In this document: piece after piece, positions 1 to 9,764 of the stretch | Layout of the letters: each line of letters begins with the position of its first letter | How positions within the stretch are numbered: the first letter of the stretch is position 1 | The notes under the pieces: model-generated | What the model was told of the DNA's origin: nothing | Seen by the model: the letters and a program-made list of their open reading frames with translations, nothing else | Databases searched by the model: none | Position numbers and translations under genes: made by a program | From: Vitreimonas sp. | GTDB taxonomy: Bacteria > Patescibacteriota > Microgenomatia > UBA1400 > PJMF01 | NCBI GenBank assembly: GCA_035627515.1 | Contig: DASPLQ010000012.1 | Coordinates: forward strand, 1,034,331 to 1,098,330 | Length of the DNA stretch: 64,000 nt | Reading direction: 5' to 3'

Positions 1-56
1 TACTTACTGAAGAAAGAGGAAACAGAAGTGGGGAGCGTGAAAACACGTGCAGACAT
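1..56 (-). CDS. 5' end of a gene running off the window (MSARVFTLPTSVSSFFSK...)
   Basis: ATG at 56 on the minus strand, frame open to the window edge, -10-like GATACT (63-68) 6 nt upstream. Confidence 0.4.
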   Translation of the reverse strand, partial: MSARVFTLPTSVSSFFSK

Positions 57-85
57 GATTGAAGTATCATAGTAAGATGCAGCCT

Positions 86-811
86 ATGAATGCAACAGAT
101 AAAATTGCCATTGTCATTCCCGCCGCCAATGAAAGTGAAACTATTATTGAGTTTGCACAACAGTTATTACTGGAGAGTCGTAAACAACGAGCTCAAGCGG
201 AACTTTTTTTTGTTTTAGACCACGCCTCTAAAGATGATACGCTGCAAAAACTGCAAAAATTTGCACGTCGCCGGCCAGAAATCCATGTCATATTTGAGCC
301 TAAAAATCGCAATGTAGTTGACGCATATGTGCGTGGTTATAAAGAAGCTCTCAAATCAAAGTGCAAATGGTTTATCGAGATGGACTGTGGGTTTTCGCAT
401 CTACCTTCTGAACTAGGTTTATTTATTGGTGGCTTGAGGGCAGGTTACGACTGTGTTTTTGGCATCAGACCACTCTGGTCATTTCAATATCAGGTGCCTT
501 TAAAACGCCGAGTGCTGAGTTTAGGTGGGACTATTATTTCTAATCTCTGTTTAGGTACCCAATTTAGCGATATGACCTCAGGTTATGAGGCTTTCACCCG
601 AGCCGCCATCACTAAAATTTTATCTAAACCGCTTAAATCGACCGGTAACTTTTGGCACGTAGAGATGCGCTATCGTGCCCGCAAAATGCGCTGGACTGAA
701 GTCCGAATCACCTATCAGTTTCCCAGTGCCAGCGTCCGCTCTAAAACGGTCAATGATGCCTTTGGAGTGTTGTGGGATCTGACTCAACGACGGTGGAGTG
801 GCAAAGCGTAA
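86..811 (+). CDS. GT2 glycosyltransferase, polyprenol-phosphate sugar synthase (DPM1-like)
   Basis: IVIPAANE, VLDHASKDDT, EMDCGFSH, DMTSGY motifs; start moved to ATG 86, which lies 7 nt after TAAGAT. Confidence 0.85.
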   Translation: MNATDKIAIVIPAANESETIIEFAQQLLLESRKQRAQAELFFVLDHASKDDTLQKLQKFARRRPEIHVIFEPKNRNVVDAYVRGYKEALKSKCKWFIEMDCGFSHLPSELGLFIGGLRAGYDCVFGIRPLWSFQYQVPLKRRVLSLGGTIISNLCLGTQFSDMTSGYEAFTRAAITKILSKPLKSTGNFWHVEMRYRARKMRWTEVRITYQFPSASVRSKTVNDAFGVLWDLTQRRWSGKA

Positions 812-818
812 AAGACGC

Positions 819-1961
819 TTATTTTTTTCCAAAGAACTGTCGCACCGTTTTGATAACTAAGTTTTGCTCTTGCTGAGTGAGATCATAGAAAAGTGGTAAG
901 CGCAGCAAGGTATCAGAGGTCTTATCAGTGACAGACATATTTCCTACAAACCGTCCATACTTTTTGCCAGCTGGTGCTGAGTGGAGAGGGATGTAATGGA
1001 ATACGCTTAAGATATTTTGTTTTTTAAGTTCATCGATCAGTGCCGTTCGGGTTTCGAGGCTGTCCAGCAGAATATAGTACATATGAGCATTGTGTTCGCA
1101 GGTTTCAGGAATGATTGGTCTTCTGAGGTCTCCTGCTTGCTCAAGGTCGGCAAAAGCAGTGTGGTATTTTTCCCAGACTTTAATCCGTTTCTTGGTGATT
1201 AAGCTCGACTTTTCAAGCTGTGCATACAGGAAGGCAGCAATGACTTCTCCGGGCAAATAGGAGGAGCCAATATCTACCCAAGTATATTTATCCACTTGCC
1301 CACGGAAAAACTTACTGCGGTTAGTGCCTTTTTCACGGATGATTTCAGCTCGTTCAATAAACCGTTGATCATTAACTAACAGACACCCACCCTCACCAGA
1401 AATGACGTTTTTAGTTTCGTGAAAACTATAAGCACCTATGTGACCAATGGTGCCTAATTGCTGGCCTTTATATCGGGATAGAAAACCTTGGGCGGCATCT
1501 TCGAGGACCAACAAGTTGTGTTTGGCTGCGAGCTTCATGATGACATCCATCTCACAACCCACTCCGGCATAATGTACTGGCGCAATGGCTTTAGTTTTTT
1601 TGGTAATGGCATTTTCGAGGAGTTTTTCATCCAGATTGAGAGTATCGGGGCGAATATCCACAAAAACTGGTACTCCACCTCTCAATACATACGCATTGGC
1701 AGTGGAAACAAAAGTAAAAGAGGGCATGATAACTTCATCACCAGGTTGAATATCTGCCAGAATAGCCGACATTTCTAAAGCAGCTGTACAGGAATGAGTC
1801 AATAGTGCTTTACGGGTGCCGGTTTTTCGCTCTAACCATTGATGGCATTTCTTGGTGAAGTAACCATCTCCAGCCAAAGCTCCTTTTAAGTGTGCTTGGC
1901 TAATATATGCGAGCTCTTTATCGGTGACATGGGGTTTGTTGAAAGGAATTTTCATAGGCAT
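819..1961 (-). CDS. wecE: dTDP-4-amino-4,6-dideoxygalactose transaminase (DegT/DnrJ family)
   Basis: IPFNKP, SCTAALEM, EDAAQ, SFHETKN (PLP lysine), GQVDKYTWVDIGSSY; TAATG coupling with the upstream gene. Confidence 0.92.
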   Translation of the reverse strand: MPMKIPFNKPHVTDKELAYISQAHLKGALAGDGYFTKKCHQWLERKTGTRKALLTHSCTAALEMSAILADIQPGDEVIMPSFTFVSTANAYVLRGGVPVFVDIRPDTLNLDEKLLENAITKKTKAIAPVHYAGVGCEMDVIMKLAAKHNLLVLEDAAQGFLSRYKGQQLGTIGHIGAYSFHETKNVISGEGGCLLVNDQRFIERAEIIREKGTNRSKFFRGQVDKYTWVDIGSSYLPGEVIAAFLYAQLEKSSLITKKRIKVWEKYHTAFADLEQAGDLRRPIIPETCEHNAHMYYILLDSLETRTALIDELKKQNILSVFHYIPLHSAPAGKKYGRFVGNMSVTDKTSDTLLRLPLFYDLTQQEQNLVIKTVRQFFGKK

Positions 1962-2683
1962 TATGATAACCAAAAATGATAAATATATTGAATTTTTTCT
2001 ATCTCAAAACCTTGTTTTTCGTAAAATGCACATGCGCCGGTGTTGGCTTGTTGGGTGACGACTTGTATTTGGTTATACCCCCATTGCAGAGTGGTGTCAA
2101 AAGCTGTTTGCATCAACTGTTGACCAATTCCCTGACCCCGATACTGTTCATCTACCGCTAGTAAGCCAATATCAGCGCGGTGGTTTTTTTCACCCAGTGT
2201 TAGTAAGCCGGCCGGAACACCTTCTTTTTCATAGACCAATACTTCTCGAGCAATCTCACCTTTGAGTGAATTATCAAGCCAGGTGCGATACAAACGAGCA
2301 GCCTCACTTTTCAGGTGAGGATCAAGGGCATACCGTGAGTATGCACTGCTTTGGAGGGCTAAATTATAGAGTGATTTTGAGGCTGGTTGGTGCAAGTAGG
2401 AACGAATTGATGGCTGATTGTTGAATGATTGATCGAGAGGCACAGTTCGCAGGTAGGTAGTTTTTTTATCAGCTAAGAAGGCAGTTTGATTGGCAGCAGC
2501 TTGTTGAGAGTTTAGATCATCTGGCTCCACAGCCCAATAGACTAATTGGACCTTATCAGTTTTGAGTTCATTAAGTTGGGATGCTAACTCACCATTGTTG
2601 CTGACTGTGCCTTCCAGCTGACAAACTTTATAGCCAAAAAAGGTGCTATCCCATGGTAAGTGATGAGCGCTCAAGCTAGACAT
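1961..2683 (-). CDS. wecD: TDP-fucosamine acetyltransferase-like GNAT
   Basis: LPWDSTFFG N-terminus, IGLLAV..YRGQGIG, VVTQQAN..A..FYEKQGF; adjacent to wecE. Confidence 0.85.
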   Translation of the reverse strand: MSSLSAHHLPWDSTFFGYKVCQLEGTVSNNGELASQLNELKTDKVQLVYWAVEPDDLNSQQAAANQTAFLADKKTTYLRTVPLDQSFNNQPSIRSYLHQPASKSLYNLALQSSAYSRYALDPHLKSEAARLYRTWLDNSLKGEIAREVLVYEKEGVPAGLLTLGEKNHRADIGLLAVDEQYRGQGIGQQLMQTAFDTTLQWGYNQIQVVTQQANTGACAFYEKQGFEIEKIQYIYHFWLS

Positions 2684-2685
2684 GA

Positions 2686-3660
2686 TTAGATGCGACTAAC
2701 CCAATCTTGATAAACGGCTGTTAACGTTTCTCGTAAAGAGTATTGTTGCTTCCAGCCTAAGGCTTGTAACTTACTATTATCACCTACCAGCAGCGGTTCA
2801 TCGGAAGGTCGGTGTAAGCCAGGGTCACTTTCTACCGTGACGTCTAAGCCTGAAATATCAATTAATTCTGTCAGCACGTCACTGATTTTATGACTTTGGC
2901 CAGTACAGATGTTAATTGCTTCGCCGGCCTGGCCTTTTTCCAGTAATAATAACAACGCACGAGCGCCATCGCGGACGTCGATAAAATCGCGGGCTGATTC
3001 TAAGTTACCTACTTTAATAACGGGTTCAAGTTTACCTTTACTCATCAATGCCAATTGGCGAGCAAAATTTTGAATAGCAGTGGCGGGTGGATGGCCGGTT
3101 CCCACATGAATAAACAAGCGTGGCAGAAAAACGTTCATCCCATAATTGTGAAAGAACTGGAAACCCAGGGCTTCAGTAGCCATTTTACTGACACCATACG
3201 GTGTAATGGGGTGCAAAGGTTGAGTTTCTTTGAGAGGGCAATCCTTGATGTCAAACGCTCCATACTCCGCACTACTACAAGCTAACAAGACTTGTGCCTG
3301 AGGAGTTATCTCTCGCGCACATTGTAGGACATGGTGGGTGCCCAAGTAATTGGTTTGATGAGTCAAAGTCTCCATCTCCCATGACATGCCATTAAAAGCT
3401 TGGGCTGCCATGTGGACAACGACATCAGGTTTGACTTTTTTAAAAACCTTAGCTAATGCACCTTGATCAAGAATATCGCATCTAAAAACATTGGCAGCGT
3501 CTTCACCACCTAAACGGCTGGCAGCACTACTACGGGCTAAGCCAAAGACCTTGTATCCAGCGGCAGTAGCTTGGTCAGCAATATGGGTGCCAATCATACC
3601 GGTGATACCGGTAATGAGCATTACTCGTTGGTTGGTTACTTGCGGAAGGTTTTTAGCCAT
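2686..3660 (-). CDS. GDP-6-deoxy-4-keto-hexose reductase (Rmd-like) / GDP-mannose dehydratase family SDR
   Basis: ITGITGMIG, HMAAQ, SSAEYG, PYGVSK, VGNLESARDFIDVRD, RPSD.P. Confidence 0.8.
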   Translation of the reverse strand: MAKNLPQVTNQRVMLITGITGMIGTHIADQATAAGYKVFGLARSSAASRLGGEDAANVFRCDILDQGALAKVFKKVKPDVVVHMAAQAFNGMSWEMETLTHQTNYLGTHHVLQCAREITPQAQVLLACSSAEYGAFDIKDCPLKETQPLHPITPYGVSKMATEALGFQFFHNYGMNVFLPRLFIHVGTGHPPATAIQNFARQLALMSKGKLEPVIKVGNLESARDFIDVRDGARALLLLLEKGQAGEAINICTGQSHKISDVLTELIDISGLDVTVESDPGLHRPSDEPLLVGDNSKLQALGWKQQYSLRETLTAVYQDWVSRI

Positions 3661-4619
3661 AATTCAAGAAGAGGTAGTTCTTCGGCTGGAACGATCTGAG
3701 CCGAATGTAATGCTTGATACACGTTCCACATATTATCAATGAGTGAGTCGGTTGATTTGACAGCACCGGTGGCAATTTCGATCACTTTCTCTGGATACAG
3801 ATAGCAGGGAATTTCTGATTCAAAGTCTTTTAAGTAATTGTGGGGGTTCCGCTTTTGAATGACAGTGGCTTGGCCAAAGGCTAAGCGATACGGCGTGTTC
3901 CATAGTAAAGGTTGGGCGACTAAACCGCGCAAAATATCAGTATACCTAAAGGTCACAAAAGCCGGTAAATAGAGCAAGGGAAACAGTTCCTGCCGGAAAA
4001 AGGTGTTTTGTGAATTAAAAGGGCACACGGTACCTTTTTCTAGAACTAATGGCTGTCGTTTGTCAAAGAAAATTAAGGTATTGTTAGTCAGACGATAAAT
4101 AGCATCGACGTCAGGATCTTCATCGGCCAAAAACTGCCAGACGCCAATTTCCTGTGGTGAAGTGCTAGCGGTTGCTTTTTGGGCACCGAGGATTTTATTG
4201 AGTGGGTAACCACGTGGCCAAATATGTTTATCAGTGAAATATGAATAAATGTTGGTGAAACCTTGTACATTCAGCGTCTCGAGTTTGCCTTTCCATGGCA
4301 AATCTTGAGCCCAATTTTCATAGGGAATGTTATCATCATCGGTATCAGCAATGATTTCGGCACCGTGCTCGATAGCATACCGATAGCCGACGACTTTGCG
4401 TGTGTAACTATTCCAGGGTAGCTGTGACACAAACTCATAACCTAATTCAGTTTGAGCGGTAGGAGAGAGATAGGTCACATTTTCATATTGCCAGTCGGTA
4501 GGTGTTTTTTTATCACCTACTACGATCAAGTGCCAATCTTTTAAGGCCGCAAACTTTTGGACAGCTTCGGTAGGTTGAAAGATAGAAGTGATAACAATAT
4601 ATTTTTTCATGGAGTCCAT
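3636..4619 (-). CDS. STELLO/DUF288-like protein (GT75-related)
   Basis: IVITSI.PT, VVGDKKTP, NSYTRK..GY.YAI, DTDDDN, WPRGYPL, DPDVDAIYRL, PFNSQNT, FRYTDILRG, QKRNPH.YLKDFESE. Confidence 0.8.
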   Translation of the reverse strand: MDSMKKYIVITSIFQPTEAVQKFAALKDWHLIVVGDKKTPTDWQYENVTYLSPTAQTELGYEFVSQLPWNSYTRKVVGYRYAIEHGAEIIADTDDDNIPYENWAQDLPWKGKLETLNVQGFTNIYSYFTDKHIWPRGYPLNKILGAQKATASTSPQEIGVWQFLADEDPDVDAIYRLTNNTLIFFDKRQPLVLEKGTVCPFNSQNTFFRQELFPLLYLPAFVTFRYTDILRGLVAQPLLWNTPYRLAFGQATVIQKRNPHNYLKDFESEIPCYLYPEKVIEIATGAVKSTDSLIDNMWNVYQALHSAQIVPAEELPLLELWLKTFRK

Positions 4620-5587
4620 TACTTAACTAGGTTCTTAAGATATTTTTTAAAGAAAGCTTCAGTGGTGTATTCTTTGGTAGCACGTTTGAAAGCTCGATCA
4701 ATCATTTTTTGATACTTAGGATAATCTGCCAACACCATCTCGATACTACTCTCTAAGGTATCCTCGTCAAAATAAATAAATTCTTTATTAGGCTCGAAGT
4801 AACGTTCGATAATATTAAATGGATCGCGTTTACATAAAATCAATGAGCGACCAAAAGCTGCTTCAAATAAACGGGCTTTTAGCTGCGGAACAATTACGTC
4901 ACCACTGAGCACTTTCCACGGCTGGTACCAGGGAGGCACTTCTTTGAACGCTTCATTTTTTTGATACTCTGGGTAGCGCCAAATATTGAGGAAATGATAT
5001 GGCTTGGGGCTCAACATATTATGAACTAACGTGATTTTAGACTGAGCGACGATCTTCATTTTTTCTTCATGAGTAGCACTGCGATTGGTGACTAAGGGGT
5101 GATCAGAGTTAGAAATGAAGCGATAATTAAATTTGCTAATAGTTTGGATATCTTGAAAAACTTTTTGTGACACGATATGCCCGGCGTAGACGATATCATA
5201 TTTCTTTTTGGCTTTTGCCGGGATATGTTTTTTGTTGAAAGGATAAAAAATGGGTATTCGTTTTTTATTGCCATGTTTTTTGTTTAACCACTCAGCCGTG
5301 TAAGGACATAAGGTGAGAATTTTATGAAAATAGTGATCGTAACTATCAGTATCATCGCCAATAAAAAATTTATTAGGTTCCTCAAATTCCATGCGGACAA
5401 TTTTCTTTTTGAGAAGAGCTTGGAGCTCGGTGTCACTGAGACCAAATTGATCCCACTGATTTACCTCTTCGAAACCACCTACAATTAACACAAAATCACC
5501 GGCTTGTTTGCTAAATTTATCGAGTTCAAAAAATTTGTTGTTATTTTGGGCGTAGCCGGATTTGTCGCTAATGTTTAAAACTTTCAT
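4619..5587 (-). CDS. glycosyltransferase with a C-terminal Glyco_trans_1_2/CgeB-like domain
   Basis: KARLFEAAFG..LIL, YFEPNKEFIYFD, YDIVYAG. Confidence 0.65.
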   Translation of the reverse strand: MKVLNISDKSGYAQNNNKFFELDKFSKQAGDFVLIVGGFEEVNQWDQFGLSDTELQALLKKKIVRMEFEEPNKFFIGDDTDSYDHYFHKILTLCPYTAEWLNKKHGNKKRIPIFYPFNKKHIPAKAKKKYDIVYAGHIVSQKVFQDIQTISKFNYRFISNSDHPLVTNRSATHEEKMKIVAQSKITLVHNMLSPKPYHFLNIWRYPEYQKNEAFKEVPPWYQPWKVLSGDVIVPQLKARLFEAAFGRSLILCKRDPFNIIERYFEPNKEFIYFDEDTLESSIEMVLADYPKYQKMIDRAFKRATKEYTTEAFFKKYLKNLVK

Positions 5588-5612
5588 ACGGTGTGTCTCT
5601 CTTTATTACGCC

Positions 5613-5621
5613 AGTATAACA
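5613..5621 (-). promoter_or_regulatory. extended -10 promoter (TGtTATACT) for the 5587-to-819 gene block
   Basis: plus strand AGTATAACA in the 53-bp intergenic gap. Confidence 0.5.
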
Positions 5622-5640
5622 CTTTGTTTTTCACCTTCAA

Positions 5641-6783
5641 TCAAGAGTGTTTAACAACAGTGTGGTCTTGTAAATGTCGGACAATAATTTGACTGGGTTT
5701 TACGGCTGGCTTAACGGGGGACTTACGATAGCGTGAATAATGAGCCACAAAATCATGGATAATGTTAGGATCAAGTTGGCTGATGACCACATTGTGATCT
5801 AAGCCTTCAATTCTTTCAGTAGTGGTGCGCATCACCAAACAAGGTTTGCCTAGATAATATGATTCCTCCTGATTGCTTCCCCCATCCGTAATAATAAACT
5901 CACAACCAGCCAATAGCTGCATCATCGTTGGATACTCTAAGCGAGGAGTTAAAATAATATTGGGATGACTCTTTAGCTTTTCCAAGAGATCATACTGTTT
6001 CAAATACGTTTCAGTCAGATGATGGAGAATGAAAACACCAGGGTGCTGATTAGCCACAGTCAGAATTTCATCGAGCAAATTCGTGACGACTGATTGATTC
6101 ATTAAGTTTTCTTGGCGGTGGATAACGCACACAAAATAGGCTTGGTTTTTGATGGGTTTTAAAAACGGTAAAGGTGTGCGCTTTGATAACACGAGATGCA
6201 AGCTATCAAGCAAGGTGTTTTGCTGAGTATTTACTTTAACACCCCGATGTTTGGACAAGTTTTTAAGCGCCCATTCGTTGGGGGCAAAGTGAAGATTAAC
6301 TAACTTAGAGACTAAGACGCGAGTAATTTCTTCGGGAAATGGCTGCCACCAATTAAATGAGCGTAAGCCGGCCTCCAGATGAACAACGTTATACCCTAAC
6401 AGTTTGCCAATTACCGCTCCCATTAAAGTTGAGACAGTATCCCCATGAACAATAAAATAGCGATCTTGGGCAGGTTGTTGACGTAACTTCCGTAATTGCC
6501 AGATACCTTTGATCGTTCTTGAGAAAAACCACCCCAGATAGACCAGTGGGCTTTGTTTAGGTTTTTGTTGAGTGAGGATGTAGTGTGGCTTTTTTAACTC
6601 TAAGTACTCAAATAGTTCAGAGCCTTTGAGGTTGTTTTGCCCACTTGAGACAAGGAGATAGGGAAGCTGCTGAGCCTCTAATTCTTTGAGTACTGGCAGG
6701 AGTTTAATGAACTCGGCTGTAGTGCCGACAAAGAACACAAACTGTGAGCTCGACTGGTTAATCTTTTTGGACGATCTCATCAT
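5641..6783 (-). CDS. wecB: UDP-N-acetylglucosamine 2-epimerase
   Basis: [47 protein letters not shown]. Confidence 0.85.
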   Translation of the reverse strand: MMRSSKKINQSSSQFVFFVGTTAEFIKLLPVLKELEAQQLPYLLVSSGQNNLKGSELFEYLELKKPHYILTQQKPKQSPLVYLGWFFSRTIKGIWQLRKLRQQPAQDRYFIVHGDTVSTLMGAVIGKLLGYNVVHLEAGLRSFNWWQPFPEEITRVLVSKLVNLHFAPNEWALKNLSKHRGVKVNTQQNTLLDSLHLVLSKRTPLPFLKPIKNQAYFVCVIHRQENLMNQSVVTNLLDEILTVANQHPGVFILHHLTETYLKQYDLLEKLKSHPNIILTPRLEYPTMMQLLAGCEFIITDGGSNQEESYYLGKPCLVMRTTTERIEGLDHNVVISQLDPNIIHDFVAHYSRYRKSPVKPAVKPSQIIVRHLQDHTVVKHS

Positions 6784-7705
6784 AATGTTCTTTAAACCAG
6801 TCATAGACTTTTTGTAAGCCGGTGGCAAGTTGGATTTTAGGTTTCCAACCCAAGGCTGTTAGCTTAGTCATGTCTAGCTGTTTGCGTGGAGTTCCATTCG
6901 GTTTATTTCTGTCCCATTTAATCTCACCCTCATACCCTACAATTTCTTGAACAGTTTCGGCGAGTTGTTTGATGGTCATGTCTTGACCGGTACCGATATT
7001 AATAATCTCTGAACTATCATAGTTTTCCATGAGGAATAAACAGGCATCTGCCAAGTCATCGACGTGCAAAAACTCTCGGAAGACCTCACCTGTGCCCCAG
7101 AGTGTCACACTTGGTTTATTATTGATCTTGGCTTCATGAAATTTCCGGATTAACGCTGGCAGAACATGGGAGTTTTTTAAATCGAAGTTATCATTAGGGC
7201 CATACAAATTAGTAGGCATCACAGAAATAAAGTTAGTCCCGTATTGCGAGTTGTAACTCTGGCACATCACGATGCCAGCAATTTTAGCGACTGCGTAGGC
7301 GTCATTAGTTTCTTCTAGTGGCCCGGTTAATAAAAACTCTTCTTTAATAGGTTGTGGGCTGAGTTTGGGGTAAATACACGATGAACCTAAAAACAGTAAT
7401 TTTTTTACGCCGTGTTTCCAGGCTGCATGAATGACGTTGTTTTGAAGTTGGAGATTTTCGTAAATAAACTCAGCCTTTTGAGTCTTGTTGGCCATGATCC
7501 CGCCTACTTTAGCGGCTGCCAAAAAGACGTATTCAGGTTTTTCTTCAGCAAAAAAAGTTTCAACCGCTGCTTGGTTGAGTAGTTCTAGTTCTTTGCGAGT
7601 ACGGGTAAGGATATTTTTATAACCGGCTTTTTGTAGACGGCGCAGCAGCGCTGAGCCCACTAGACCACGATAGCCTGCTAAAAAAATTTTTGCGTTTTTT
7701 TTCAT
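6758..7705 (-). CDS. fcl: GDP-L-fucose synthase
   Basis: [45 protein letters not shown]; SD GAGGAG. Confidence 0.95.
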   Translation of the reverse strand: MKKNAKIFLAGYRGLVGSALLRRLQKAGYKNILTRTRKELELLNQAAVETFFAEEKPEYVFLAAAKVGGIMANKTQKAEFIYENLQLQNNVIHAAWKHGVKKLLFLGSSCIYPKLSPQPIKEEFLLTGPLEETNDAYAVAKIAGIVMCQSYNSQYGTNFISVMPTNLYGPNDNFDLKNSHVLPALIRKFHEAKINNKPSVTLWGTGEVFREFLHVDDLADACLFLMENYDSSEIINIGTGQDMTIKQLAETVQEIVGYEGEIKWDRNKPNGTPRKQLDMTKLTALGWKPKIQLATGLQKVYDWFKEHYDEIVQKD

Positions 7706-7713
7706 AACACTCC

Positions 7714-8511
7714 TCAGGTATTCACCACTTGTAAATCAGCTGGTTCCTGGAAATTTTGATGAGGATGCTGATAATAGTTAATGATTTTTGCCCGGTAGAA
7801 GATGGCTAGGGTATCAACAAAGATCCCACGAATCTCTTTGAGTGTAGCAGCTGAAGTCAGAGAACTCAAACCATAATTGAGCTTTATCGGCGCTTCAAAG
7901 ATCCGAGTATAACCCAGTTGGTAAGCAATGACCAACATTTCGAGGTCACCTGCAAACCGCTTTTCGACTACGCGGGGTAAGATCTTCATCAATAGCTCCC
8001 GTTTGAAGACTTTAATACCAGCTTGGGTATCAGTAATCTGGATGCCAAACAGTAATTTTACAAAATAATAATAACCGTAACTGAGTAACTTTCTTTGCCA
8101 GGTATACTCCACTTGTGAAGCAGGGTGGCGTTTGGAGCCCACAATAATGTCGGCGTTATACCATTCCATATGTTCCAATAACATCGAGATGCCATTGGGG
8201 TCAATTTCCATGCCTGAATCAATAAACATGATGTACTCACCTTGGGCACGGCTCATGCCCAAACGAATCGCAAAGCTCTTGCCCTGATTTTGATCATAGG
8301 CTAGGCAAGTTAGGCGAGGTAACTTGGCTTTTTGTAGTCGTTCTAGGGTGTCGTCAGTGTGGCCGTCAATAACCACAATCAATTCGTGTTCATACCTGAC
8401 TTGCTCAAGCACTTTTTGAAGATGCTTAATGTTTTTGACAATTGTGGGACCCTGGCGATAGGCGGGAACAATCAGACTGAGCTTGGGGGCAGTGAGCGAG
8501 GTGTGTGCCAT
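7714..8511 (-). CDS. GT2 glycosyltransferase (DPM/DPG synthase-like)
   Basis: [28 protein letters not shown]. Confidence 0.85.
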   Translation of the reverse strand: MAHTSLTAPKLSLIVPAYRQGPTIVKNIKHLQKVLEQVRYEHELIVVIDGHTDDTLERLQKAKLPRLTCLAYDQNQGKSFAIRLGMSRAQGEYIMFIDSGMEIDPNGISMLLEHMEWYNADIIVGSKRHPASQVEYTWQRKLLSYGYYYFVKLLFGIQITDTQAGIKVFKRELLMKILPRVVEKRFAGDLEMLVIAYQLGYTRIFEAPIKLNYGLSSLTSAATLKEIRGIFVDTLAIFYRAKIINYYQHPHQNFQEPADLQVVNT

Positions 8512-9764
8512 ATGATGTGACGTAATTGAAAGAGATAGTACCCCAAAAGCAACAGATACACAAGAGTAGTCGCCATCATCACTGCTAAGAAATCATGATG
8601 ATATAACCAGATGGCTAAACCTTGCAGTCCCATGCCCAACAGTACAAATAAAGAATGGTGATTTTCCTGTGCTAACCAATAATACGTATGCAAGAAAACT
8701 AAGGAGTAGCTAGCGCCGTACAATCCAGCCAGCCAGACCACAGGTTGAATGACCATAAAGCGGGGGCCTAAAATCAAGGTAATCACAAAGTGGGGAAATA
8801 ACGTGTAGAAAAGAGCACTGCCTATACCAATGGCAGCAATTGCTAAACTGGTGACCAATAAAATCTTAGGGCTTTTTTGTTTCGTATCAGAGCCGGTAAA
8901 GTAAGCGTACGCTACTAACGATAGCGGTCCTGTCACGTAGGTAATGATTTTCCCGAGCAAGGTTAAGCCGGCATAGAGCCCCGTTTCATCTGGGGAAAGT
9001 AGTATTTTTACTACTACCATATCAATAGCGCTTAAACCAACCAAACCGAGTGTAACCAAGAGGGGCAAATAGACGCCACGTTTCTGTAAATAAGCACGGA
9101 CTTTAAGTGGCGTGGTGGGGCGAGAAGTATGGGAGCCAATTAAGTGATGGGTGTTTACCACCCAGCCTCCATAGATCAGTGTCACTACCTGAGACAAACT
9201 AATGATCAGATAAAGATACATTAAGTTAGGCAGTATAAATAGCAAAATTCCTCCTGCACTGAGTTTGATTAAGACGCTGAGAAACAGTAATCCTCCCGCT
9301 GCCCAAAATAATTTGTAGCCCTGAAATAATGACGTATAGATGACCGTGACTAATGAGATGAGCGAGAACACCAACACAAACAAAATACTAGATAGCCACA
9401 GATTACTTACATAAAAAAGGATCACGCTGATGCTGCTGAGCGTGACGATTAAAAGTCCCAGATGACTGATTGCCAAGGCTTGCAACATTTCGAGTAGCTG
9501 TCGAGTGCGTTGTGGACGGTGTTCTACTGCTGACTGGCTAATTTTTTGAGTCAACATCATGTTAATAGCACCCAGAGGCACACCCAATAAACTGAGATAC
9601 GACAAGCTGGTCATGTACTCGCCATATTCACTCAGTTGCAGTTTGCGCGCCACAATTAAAGCAAAAATATATTGGAGTAAACTTGCTCCAAATGAGACAG
9701 CTGAATAAATAGCGCTACTTCTCAGAAAATGATTGGTTAAGAGGCGGTGAAGAAGGGAATTCAT
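8472..9764 (-). CDS. wzx: Wzx-type oligosaccharide flippase
   Basis: about 12 hydrophobic segments, ARKL..SEYG and D..VV..LL....G.YA patterns, glycan-cluster context. Confidence 0.75.
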   Translation of the reverse strand: MNSLLHRLLTNHFLRSSAIYSAVSFGASLLQYIFALIVARKLQLSEYGEYMTSLSYLSLLGVPLGAINMMLTQKISQSAVEHRPQRTRQLLEMLQALAISHLGLLIVTLSSISVILFYVSNLWLSSILFVLVFSLISLVTVIYTSLFQGYKLFWAAGGLLFLSVLIKLSAGGILLFILPNLMYLYLIISLSQVVTLIYGGWVVNTHHLIGSHTSRPTTPLKVRAYLQKRGVYLPLLVTLGLVGLSAIDMVVVKILLSPDETGLYAGLTLLGKIITYVTGPLSLVAYAYFTGSDTKQKSPKILLVTSLAIAAIGIGSALFYTLFPHFVITLILGPRFMVIQPVVWLAGLYGASYSLVFLHTYYWLAQENHHSLFVLLGMGLQGLAIWLYHHDFLAVMMATTLVYLLLLGYYLFQLRHIIWHTPRSLPPSSV

